The notes below the pieces were generated by a model. The model was not told the origin of the DNA, ran no database searches, and saw nothing but the letters and a program-made list of their open reading frames with translations. From NCBI GenBank assembly GCA_963737655.1, contig CAVTTN010000002.1, positions 5,280,001 to 5,344,000 on the forward strand: a stretch of DNA of 64,000 nt, written 5' to 3'. This DNA comes from an uncultured Planctomycetota bacterium (GTDB lineage: Bacteria > Planctomycetota > Planctomycetia > Isosphaerales > Isosphaeraceae). Positions within the stretch are counted from its first letter, which is position 1, and the number at the start of each line of letters is the position of its first letter. A program made the position numbers and the translations under genes. This document shows positions 56,101 through 64,000 of this stretch, piece by piece.

Positions 56101-57005
56101 AGCGCGTTGGCGTCGGGGAGCTGGAAGATGGCGAGGCTCATCGCGGGGCGGGTGTTCACGCGGCTGCTGATGTCTTGATTCTTGGCCCCCATCTCGACCC
56201 GGGCCACGTCCCGGAGCCGGACGACCCGGTTGTCCTGGCCGGTCTTGACGATGATCCTCTCGTACTGCTCGGGCTCGGTCAGGCGGCCCAGGGTGCTCAG
56301 GGGGACCTGGAGCTCCTGGCCCTTGGGGACCGGCTGCTGGCCGATCTGCCCGGTCGCGACCTGCAGATTCTGCTCGCGGAGGGCCCGGACGACGTCGCCG
56401 GCCTGCATGTTCCGGGCGGCGAGCCGGTCCGGGTCGATCCAGACCCTCATGCTGTAGTCGCGCTGGCCCAGCATCCGAACTTCGCTGACGCCCGGGAGCC
56501 TCGCCAGCTCGTCCTTGAGCTGGATCAGGGCGTAATTGCTCAGGTAGAGCTGGTCGCGGGAGTTGTCCGGCGAGGTCAGGGCCACCGCCATGAGGATGTC
56601 CGGCGACTGCTTGCGGACGTCCACGCCGGTCTGCTTCAGGACGTCGGGGAGCTGGGGCAGCGCCAGGCTGACCCGGTTCTGCACCAGGACCTGGGCCAGG
56701 TTCAGGTCGATCCCGTGCCGGAAGGTGACGGTCAAGTTGTACGAACCGTCATTCGTACATTGCGAGGACATGTACATCATGTTGTCCACGCCGTTGACCT
56801 GCTGCTCGATCGGCGTGGCGACGGTCTCGGAGACGACCAGCGCGTTGGCCCCGGGGTAGGTGGCCGTCACGGAGACCGTCGGCGGGGCGATCTGCGGGTA
56901 CTGCGCGATCGGCAGGTTGAACAGCGCGATCCCGCCGGCCAGGGTGATCACGATCGAGAGGACCGAGGCGAAGATCGGGCGGTCGATGAAAAATCGCGAG
57001 ATCAA
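53200..57005 (-). CDS. HAE1-family RND efflux permease (copy 1) with insertions; in-frame stop at 53328, probable true end 53200
   Basis: Same RND motifs; TTG start. Restoring one G at ~53340 extends the hydrophobic helix and ends the gene 13 nt before the next start. Confidence 0.9.
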
Positions 57006-57118
57006 GGGCCGAGCTCCGGGAAGGGGCCGGGGCGTCTCACACGGGGGAGGACCGGGGCGGGCCGCGCGGGGGGATCGCGGCCGGTTCGAGAGGCCGACGC
57101 CGACGCGTCGGGAGGCGA

Positions 57119-58396
57119 TCAGGAGGCCGGGGCGGGCTTCTTCTCCTCCGCCGGCTTCTCCCCGGCCGGCTTGGCCTCGTCCCGGGCCTTCCCCGGGGCC
57201 CCGGACCGGGAGGACTCGGTCCCGGCCGGCCGGGGGTCCACCTTCAGCTTCGGCTTGACCCTCTGGAGGCCGCTGACCACGACCCGCTCTCCCGGCTTCA
57301 ACCCCGAGTTGATGGCCCGGAGGCCGCCGGGATTCAGGCTGCCGACCTCGACGATCCGGTACTCGACCTCATCCTTGCCGTTGACCACGTACAGGAACTT
57401 CCGCCCCTGGTCGGTGCCCAGCGCCTTCTCGGGGACGAGCACGGCCTCGTGGGGCCGCCCCACCGGCAGGCGCACTTTCATGTACATCCCGGGAGACAGG
57501 CCCCTCGGCTTGTTCTCCTCGCCGGGCCGCTTCGCGTTGGGGATCGTGGCCCGGACGCGGAGGGTCCCGGTGCTGGGATCGAGCCGGTTCTCGCTGAAGT
57601 CGATCGATCCCTGGTGGGGGAAGCCGCTGTCCTCGGACAGGGCCCCGTAGACCGGCACGGTCGCCTCCTGGCGGGACTCCATCTTCCCCTCGCGGATCAT
57701 CTTGCGGATCTTCTGGACGGTCCTCTCGTCGATGTCGAAGTAGACATAGATGGGGTCCAGCGCCACGATGGTGGTCAGCGGGGTGTCGTCGGCCTTGACG
57801 AGGTTCCCCGGGTCGACCTGCCGGCGGCTGGCCAGGCCGGAGATCGGCGCCAGGACCCTGGTGAAGTTCAGGTTGAGCTTGGCCAGGTCGCGATTGGCCC
57901 GCGCGATCCCCACCGCGGCGCCGGCCTCGGAGTAGTCGCCGGCCACCTGGTCGTATTCCTGGCTGCTGAGGACCTCGCGGCCCTTGAGGCTCCGGGCCCG
58001 GTTGAAGTCGCGGGTGAGCTTGTCGTAATGGGCCTCGGCCTGGTTCACCGCGGCCTCGGTCCGGGCGACCTCGGCGGCGTACTGCCTCGGGTCGATCTCG
58101 AAGAGGACCTGGTTCTCCTTGACCTCGTCGCCGTCCTTGAAGTTGATCTTGTCGAGGTAGCCGGAGACCCGCGACCGGACCTCGACGGTCCGATAGGCGG
58201 CGGTCTGGCCGACGAATTCCTCGAAGTCGCTCACGGTGTCGGTCGTCGGCACGTCCACCAGGACGACCGGGGGGGGCGGAGGGCCCGCCGCCGGCGGCTG
58301 GACGTTGCAACCGACCAGGCTCAGGGCCGGCAGCACCAGCCCGAGGGCCCGGCTCGCCCCTCGGGCCGTCCACCGTCGTCCGATCGCAAGACGCAT
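57119..58396 (-). CDS. RND periplasmic adaptor (MFP) lipoprotein
   Basis: Lipobox LVGC; VEVRSRVSG, APISG and GLKPGERVVV motifs. Confidence 0.92.
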   Translation of the reverse strand: MRLAIGRRWTARGASRALGLVLPALSLVGCNVQPPAAGPPPPPVVLVDVPTTDTVSDFEEFVGQTAAYRTVEVRSRVSGYLDKINFKDGDEVKENQVLFEIDPRQYAAEVARTEAAVNQAEAHYDKLTRDFNRARSLKGREVLSSQEYDQVAGDYSEAGAAVGIARANRDLAKLNLNFTRVLAPISGLASRRQVDPGNLVKADDTPLTTIVALDPIYVYFDIDERTVQKIRKMIREGKMESRQEATVPVYGALSEDSGFPHQGSIDFSENRLDPSTGTLRVRATIPNAKRPGEENKPRGLSPGMYMKVRLPVGRPHEAVLVPEKALGTDQGRKFLYVVNGKDEVEYRIVEVGSLNPGGLRAINSGLKPGERVVVSGLQRVKPKLKVDPRPAGTESSRSGAPGKARDEAKPAGEKPAEEKKPAPAS

Positions 58397-58465
58397 CGCT
58401 GGGGATCTCCTGGGGAAGCGCCCGTCGGGGGCCGGGCTTCGGGCGGGTTCGTGGGATCGTCGGCC

Positions 58466-59122
58466 TTATTCGGGAGGGGGGGCGTCGGCGGGGGCGTCGG
58501 TCCGGGCCCTCTCCGCCTCGCTCAGGATGCCCCGCAACACCACGTCGAGGATCTCGTCGGCCTGCTCGGCCGTGGATTTGGTCTGGCCGTTGAAATAGTT
58601 GACGAAGACCGTCCCATACAGGAGCTGGCCGACGACGTCCGAGATCCGCTCGGCCGACATCCGCCGGAGCCTCCCCTGCTCCATCATCGAGCGGTACAAG
58701 TCCCGCCACTGGCGGACGTTCCGCTCCCGATGCTCGAAATACGTCGGCCGCTTCCGGTCGCGGAACAGGGCCCGCTCCTGCATCAGCAGCTCGACGACCT
58801 CCGGGTGTTGCTCGAAGAATTCGAGGTAGGTGCGGACCCCGACGGCGATCCGTTCCAACGGGTCGTCCACGCCGTCCAGCGCCGCCTCCTGGAACTCGCG
58901 GAGCCGGAGCATCCCCCGGTCCACGGCCGCCAGGAACAGCTCGCGCTTGCTGGCGAAGTGGCGGTAGAGCGTCCCCTTGCCCACCCCCAGCCGGCAGACC
59001 AGCCTCTGGGTGTCGGCGTCGTTGAAGCCATGCTCGGCGAACAGGGCCGTCGCGGCGTCCAGGATCTCCTGACGACCGCACGAGCCCCGATCCCCCACCT
59101 TCTCCCCGGTCGTCTCCGCCAC
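58466..59122 (-). CDS. TetR/AcrR family regulator
   Basis: ILDAATALFAEHGF...GVGKGTLYRHFASKRELF; GTG start at 59122 after GGAGGG (alternative 59140). Confidence 0.9.
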   Translation of the reverse strand: MAETTGEKVGDRGSCGRQEILDAATALFAEHGFNDADTQRLVCRLGVGKGTLYRHFASKRELFLAAVDRGMLRLREFQEAALDGVDDPLERIAVGVRTYLEFFEQHPEVVELLMQERALFRDRKRPTYFEHRERNVRQWRDLYRSMMEQGRLRRMSAERISDVVGQLLYGTVFVNYFNGQTKSTAEQADEILDVVLRGILSEAERARTDAPADAPPPE

Positions 59123-59141
59123 CGAATCCCTCCCCGCCACC

Positions 59142-59159
59142 GGACTGACTGGTCAGTCC
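59142..59159. promoter_or_regulatory. palindromic TetR-type operator
   Basis: GGACTGAC-TG-GTCAGTCC directly upstream of tetR, next to TTGACT and TAGAAT hexamers on the minus strand. Confidence 0.75.
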
Positions 59160-59239
59160 AGGGGGATTCTAGCGCCGAGTCAAGGGATTGCGCGGATTTC
59201 TCCCGGAAGACGGCTGGGGCCCGTCCCGCGGGGGATCGT

Positions 59240-60264
59240 TCAGGGCTTCCGCCCGGACCGCCACCGACGGCCCACCCGGGCGGGGGATGGATCCTCGTCG
59301 GCCGGGCCGAGGATCATGAGGAGCGATTCGGTCAGGGCCCGGGGCAGGTGCCGTGCCGAGGATCGGAGCCGGGACCGGCCGGTCAGGTCGCCGTGGCCGC
59401 ACTCCAGGACGCCGAGATTCGTCCCGAAACCGGGCAGGGACTGGTCCTCGACGGCCACCAGCCCGTCGTTGGGCCCGACGCAGAAGCTCAAATACAGCCC
59501 GGTGATCCGGCGGAACAGGCCGTGGCCGTCGGGCGGGCAGGCCGAGGCGAGGAAGAACGTCCTGGGCCCGACGATCGGCACCGCCCCGGCGCGGTCGGCC
59601 AGCCGCTTCGACCAGAACGCGCGGGACTCGGACCGGGTCAGGCCGACCATCCCCCCGTGCCTCCCCTTGCGGACGAACCGCCGCTCGACCCCGGCGATCA
59701 CCCGGGCGAGGACGCGGAGCCTGGCCGGCATCCTCGGGTCGAGCTCGGCCCCGTCCCCCCCGAGATAATCGGCCAGCGCGGACCCGCCGAACGGCCCCTG
59801 GATCAGGAACAGCGCCTCGACCCGGTCGCGGACGAACCCGGGATGGTCCAGGGCGAACGCCAGGGCGTCGCATGCCCCCCGGCTATGGGCGATCACCACC
59901 AGGCGCTGGGGCCCTCGGCGGCGATCGCTTCGAGCCGGTCCCGGACGGCCGCCTCGTTCTCCTCCGAGGTCTCCCGCGAGCTCGGGAAGACGAAATGGAT
60001 GTGCTTTCGAGGGACGCCCCGCTCGCGAAGCTCCCGGGCGTTCTCCGAGAAATACCCCGAGACACCCGCCCCGCCGAACCCGCCCACGAACACGTAGCGG
60101 AACCGTCGGGCGTTCCTCGCCACGGACGGGGGCACGTCCAGGTTCCCATCGCGGGCCGATTCGAACAGGGTCCGAAACGATTCCGACGAGATCGCCGGCG
60201 CCTGGGCCGACGGCCCATCGGCCAGGCCGACGGAAACGGCCAACCAGAGCGAGAACGCGACCAT
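59240..60264 (-). CDS. exported alpha/beta hydrolase (lipase-like); one apparent frameshift (~59910)
   Basis: Signal peptide; FVGGFGG, IAHSRG, PFGGS.LAD, NDGLV and GHG motifs. The start could instead be 60303. Confidence 0.75.
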
Positions 60265-60354
60265 CGGAGGGGCCTCCCTGCGAACGAAACCGATCCCGGC
60301 CATCCCCTCCCAGCCTAAGCCGACTCGCTCCGGGCCGCAAGCGCCGGGTGCCTT

Positions 60355-61323
60355 TCACACACCCGACGGGTGGCCCATCCCCACCCTGGCCAGCAGCTTC
60401 GCCCCGGCGTCCTTGGCGAGATCGACGGCCCCGCCGACCCTCGCCACCGAGGCCCGGAAGATCGCCCTGGAGATCCTGGAGGTGCCCTCGGAGACGATCC
60501 CGCCGAGCATCTTCGCCGCTTCGGCCGTCGCGGCCCGCCGCAACGCCGACCTGGGCACCTCGGTCGTCGCCGCGCAGTACCTCCGGGCGATCATCCCCAC
60601 GCGGAGCGTCAAGAAGGCGTTGGCGCTGCCGCTCAGGACGCAGTTCGCCAGGATCGTCCCGGCGACGTGGAGCCCCGGGACGCTCGCGCCCAGGGACCCG
60701 ATGGCCGACGACAGGATCGGCTCGACCCCTTCGGCCAGGTCGAGGTCTTGCATCTCGCCCGCGAGGAACGCGGTGCCGGCCACGTTGGCGTAAAGGCCCG
60801 TCATCTCCCGAACTGTCGGCCTCTGATGGTACAGATGGGCGATCTTCCAGACCATCTTCGTCTGCGCCGCCAGGACGAGAAATCCGTCGAGCCGACCGCT
60901 CTGCGAGACCGCCGTGGCCAGGAATACGCTCGACGCCGCCTCCCGGACGATCGCATCGGATTTCGTCGAAAGGACTTGCAACGCCTCCTCGATCTGACCG
61001 CGATCGGCCAGACTCCGGCCGGCCAGCAGAGGATTCTCGGCCAGACGGCCGCCCAGGGCCTTCAAATGGGCGTCGAACTCCGGCCCGGAGGCCTCGGCCG
61101 GCGGGACGAGCGCCCCGGGGAGCCGGAAGAACAGGACGATCGGCACCCCGACACACGCCCCATAGGCCGAGACCAGGGTCCAGAGCGTGATCGTGCCGAG
61201 CGTCGGGTCGACCGATCGGGCCAGCTCGACCACGCCGACGGTCTGGTTCACGACCACCACGCCGAACGTCAGCAAGACGCCCCCGCCGAGGAGGAACGTC
61301 GCGAGGCGAAGGGTCCGGCTCAT
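60355..61323 (-). CDS. YcjF/DUF697-like membrane protein
   Basis: Two N-terminal TM helices; TAVSQSGRLD and G.ANAFLTLRVGMIARRYC motifs. Confidence 0.7.
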   Translation of the reverse strand: MSRTLRLATFLLGGGVLLTFGVVVVNQTVGVVELARSVDPTLGTITLWTLVSAYGACVGVPIVLFFRLPGALVPPAEASGPEFDAHLKALGGRLAENPLLAGRSLADRGQIEEALQVLSTKSDAIVREAASSVFLATAVSQSGRLDGFLVLAAQTKMVWKIAHLYHQRPTVREMTGLYANVAGTAFLAGEMQDLDLAEGVEPILSSAIGSLGASVPGLHVAGTILANCVLSGSANAFLTLRVGMIARRYCAATTEVPRSALRRAATAEAAKMLGGIVSEGTSRISRAIFRASVARVGGAVDLAKDAGAKLLARVGMGHPSGV

Positions 61324-61423
61324 GGCGAAAGGGCCTTCCGGGTCCATCGGGAGGGGCGGGGACGAACGCTCATGGGTTGTTCGTCGCCCGCGCCTCATTC
61401 TTGACCGAAAACGCCCGGATCAC

Positions 61424-62329
61424 TTACTTCAGGGGACGCCCCTGGATCGGCTGGCCGTCGGTGGTGAGGATCTGGAAGTGATGGATTCCGGGCTTCGAGG
61501 GGTCGCGGAACGTCCAGACGATCTTCTTGTCGGGCGAGACCTCGGTGAGCCTCACGTCGTCGCCCTGGGCGTGGTGGCTGGTGATCACGGTGTCGCCGTT
61601 GGGGAGCCTCTGGACCCCGCAGGCGTCGTTGATCGGTCGGCCGGGGAGGTCGTCGTTGGTCACTTGCCAGACGGTCTTGCCCTTCGGGTCGACCTCGATC
61701 ACCAGGTTGCCCAGGGTGCAGCCGATCAGGGTGTTCCCGTCGTCGAGCCGGATCGCGGTGAACGGCATGTCGGGCGTCTTGACCTCCCAGACGACCTCCC
61801 CCTTGGCGTCGTACTCGCGGACCACCTTATCCAGCAGTTGCGGGACGAGGTAATGGCCGTTGGCGAGCTTCCGGGCCATCCGGGTCTGGAGGTGGTGGTC
61901 CTTGGTCTGGGCCTTCAGGGGGACTTCCAAGGTCGGCTTGCCCTGGGCGTTCAGCTCGATCAATCGAGGATGGTCGCCGGCCTCGGAGAGCAAGACGCCG
62001 CCCCCGGGCAGGGGCTGGACGGTGTTGACCTCCGATTGCGTCCCCTTGTACTGGAGGACGATCGTCCCATCCCTGGCCAGCTCGACCACGCCCCCGCCGG
62101 GGAACTCCGCGCTCTTGTTCACGGCGAGGAGGACGACGCCATCGGGCAAGACCCAGCCGTCTCTTGAGGCATACGGGAAGGTTTTCGTGACGTTCCCGGC
62201 GTCGTCGCGAAGGTACGTGGCCCCTCCGCAGGCGAGGAACGCGTGGGTGACCTTCGGCGGCGGGTCGTCGGCCCGGGGGGTGGCGAGGGTGGCGAGCAAG
62301 AGGGCCGCGATTCGGGAGAGGATCGGCAT
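61424..62329 (-). CDS. exported beta-propeller repeat protein
   Basis: Signal peptide; repeated (R/K)L.NG..L(V/I)...V.E.D..G..VW blades. Confidence 0.75.
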   Translation of the reverse strand: MPILSRIAALLLATLATPRADDPPPKVTHAFLACGGATYLRDDAGNVTKTFPYASRDGWVLPDGVVLLAVNKSAEFPGGGVVELARDGTIVLQYKGTQSEVNTVQPLPGGGVLLSEAGDHPRLIELNAQGKPTLEVPLKAQTKDHHLQTRMARKLANGHYLVPQLLDKVVREYDAKGEVVWEVKTPDMPFTAIRLDDGNTLIGCTLGNLVIEVDPKGKTVWQVTNDDLPGRPINDACGVQRLPNGDTVITSHHAQGDDVRLTEVSPDKKIVWTFRDPSKPGIHHFQILTTDGQPIQGRPLK

Positions 62330-62363
62330 GGTGGGGCCTCGTTGGGGTTCATCGGGAAAACGT

Positions 62364-64000
62364 TCATCCTTCGCCCAGGGCCCGGTGGATGAACTGGACG
62401 ACGATCGAGCCTTCGCCCACGGCCGAGGCCACGCGCTTGACCGACCCCGAGCGGACGTCCCCGACGGCATAGATCCTCGGCACGCTCGTCTCGAAGAGGG
62501 TCGGCCGCTTGCCCGAGGGCCAGTCGGCGGGGTCGAGGGCCTCGGGCGGGATGTCGGGCCCGGTGCGGACGAACCCCTTGTCGTCCAGGAGGACGCAGCG
62601 GGACACCCATCCGGTGCAGGGCCTCGCGCCAATGAAGAGGAACAGGCTGGTGACGTCCAGGTCCGCCGTCGTCCCCGCTTTCCGGTCCGCGACCTGCACG
62701 GCCGAGAGGCAGCCCTCGTCGTTGGCCACGAGCCCGACGACCTCGGAACATCCGTGGACGTGAATATTCGGCGCCTCGTCGATCCGGCGGATCAAGTACC
62801 GCGACATCGTCTCGGAGAGGTCGGGCCGCCGGATCAGGATATGGACCGATTTGGCCTTCCTCGAGAGATAGACGGCCCCCTGCCCGGCCGAGTTCCCCCC
62901 GCCGACGAGCGCCACGTCCTGCCCGGCGCAGAGGTCGGCCTCCATCGCCGAGGCGCCGTAATAGATCCCGCACCCCTCGTATTTCTCGGCCCCGGGCACG
63001 TCCAGACGCTGGTACTTCGCCCCGGAGGCGATCACGATCGAGCGGCCCTTGACCTCCCGGCCGTCGGAGAACGTGACGGTGTACAGCCCGCCGGACCGGC
63101 CGAGCTTCGCCGCTTCCACCGGGTTCGCCAGGCGGGTGCCGAACTTCTGGGCCTGGACGAACGCCCTCTGGGCCAGGTCGTGGCCGGAGATCCCCGTGGG
63201 GAAGCCCAGGTAGTTCTCGATCTTCGAGCTCGTCCCGGCCTGGCCGCCGAAGCCCAGGGCGTCCACGGCCATGACCGACAGCCCTTCCGACGCCGCATAG
63301 ACCGACGCCGCCAAACCCGCCGGGCCTCCGCCGACGACGATCACGTCGCACGGCGCCTCCTGATGGACCACGTCGAAGCCCAACGCGGCGGCGATCGCGG
63401 AATCGGGCGGGTTCCGGTACACGTCCTTGTCGCGATGGAGGACGATCGGCGTCTCCTCGACCTTCACGCCCAGGTGTTCCAAGAGGGCGGCGGCCCCGGC
63501 GTCTTCTTCCAGGTCGAGGAAGGTGAACGGCTGGCTGTTCCGGGTGAAGAACTCGCGGATGCGGTGGGTGTCCCGGCTGTACCGCGAGCCGATCACCTTG
63601 GCGGTCCCGTACCCCCCTTCGATCAGGCGGGACCGGCGAATCAGGAAGGTCCGGAGGATCAAATCGCTGAGCTCGGAATCCTCGACGACGACCCTCTGGA
63701 GCTGCTGGGGGGAGATCCGCAGGACCTCGCCGTCCTCGGCGGTCCGCGCCTGGACGACGGCGGCGCGGCCGCTGAGCGTCGAGAGGTCGCCGATGAACTG
63801 GCGGGCGTCGGGCCGGACGACCACGCGGAAGCCCTCGGCCACGTACTGGCGGATCTCGACCGCGCCCGAGAGCACGACGAAGAAATCAATCGTCGTGTCC
63901 CCCTCGTCGAACAGGAGGTCCCCCTCGCGGATCGCCTGCCGGGTGGCATACGGCTCCAATCGGGCGATCTGCTCGGCCGACAGCCGGGGGGAAATCTCGG
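62364..64000 (-). CDS. cNMP-binding / thioredoxin-reductase-like FAD oxidoreductase (5' partial)
   Basis: Frame is open to the window edge (EISPRLSAEQIARLEPY); cNMP domain, GGGPAG, GGGNSAGQ and GDVRSGSVKRVASAVGEG. Confidence 0.9.
   Translation of the reverse strand, partial: EISPRLSAEQIARLEPYATRQAIREGDLLFDEGDTTIDFFVVLSGAVEIRQYVAEGFRVVVRPDARQFIGDLSTLSGRAAVVQARTAEDGEVLRISPQQLQRVVVEDSELSDLILRTFLIRRSRLIEGGYGTAKVIGSRYSRDTHRIREFFTRNSQPFTFLDLEEDAGAAALLEHLGVKVEETPIVLHRDKDVYRNPPDSAIAAALGFDVVHQEAPCDVIVVGGGPAGLAASVYAASEGLSVMAVDALGFGGQAGTSSKIENYLGFPTGISGHDLAQRAFVQAQKFGTRLANPVEAAKLGRSGGLYTVTFSDGREVKGRSIVIASGAKYQRLDVPGAEKYEGCGIYYGASAMEADLCAGQDVALVGGGNSAGQGAVYLSRKAKSVHILIRRPDLSETMSRYLIRRIDEAPNIHVHGCSEVVGLVANDEGCLSAVQVADRKAGTTADLDVTSLFLFIGARPCTGWVSRCVLLDDKGFVRTGPDIPPEALDPADWPSGKRPTLFETSVPRIYAVGDVRSGSVKRVASAVGEGSIVVQFIHRALGEG

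Noticed and set aside
47887..57005. RND genes as hopanoid transporters (HpnN) serving the radical SAM gene
   Set aside because: They are AcrB/HAE1-type with an MFP and a TetR regulator, not MMPL/HpnN-type.
51777..57650. Very long antisense ORFs (1957 aa here; also 27842-31834, 31690-34959, 11129-14779 and others)
   Set aside because: They mirror well-supported genes on the opposite strand, which is expected in high-GC DNA with few stop codons; no recognisable motifs.

Overview
High-GC bacterial DNA with a strong Planctomycetota signature, probably Isosphaeraceae-like (inference): a DUF1549/DUF1553 cytochrome c + DUF1501 pair, an M56/BlaR1-type protein with carboxypeptidase-regulatory-like repeats, and LE.LE.R.LL N-terminal motifs. 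About 28 real genes are present; most long ORFs in the track are antisense or off-frame shadows. The most unusual part is a ~26 kb block (3712-29647) of three convergent gene pairs. It holds three signal-peptide-bearing caspase-domain proteins (two domains with the His-Cys dyad intact, two degenerate; two of the proteins also carry WD40 repeats, one a PDZ-like domain), a membrane Ser/Thr kinase with an outer FGE-sulfatase-fold domain, a ~3,690-aa beta-helix surface protein and a putative outer-membrane beta-barrel. The rest includes a hydroxyproline catabolic operon divergent from a double-wHTH GntR/DPP-IV/threonine aldolase/DinB run, a B12 radical SAM gene, a TetR-MFP-RND-RND efflux operon with a clear operator, and three families of intergenic palindromic elements. 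About 13 frameshifts were found, mostly single-base losses in G/C homopolymers, so they are read as sequencing errors. No rRNA, tRNA, CRISPR array or transposase was seen. All product calls come from motif recognition by eye, not database searches.
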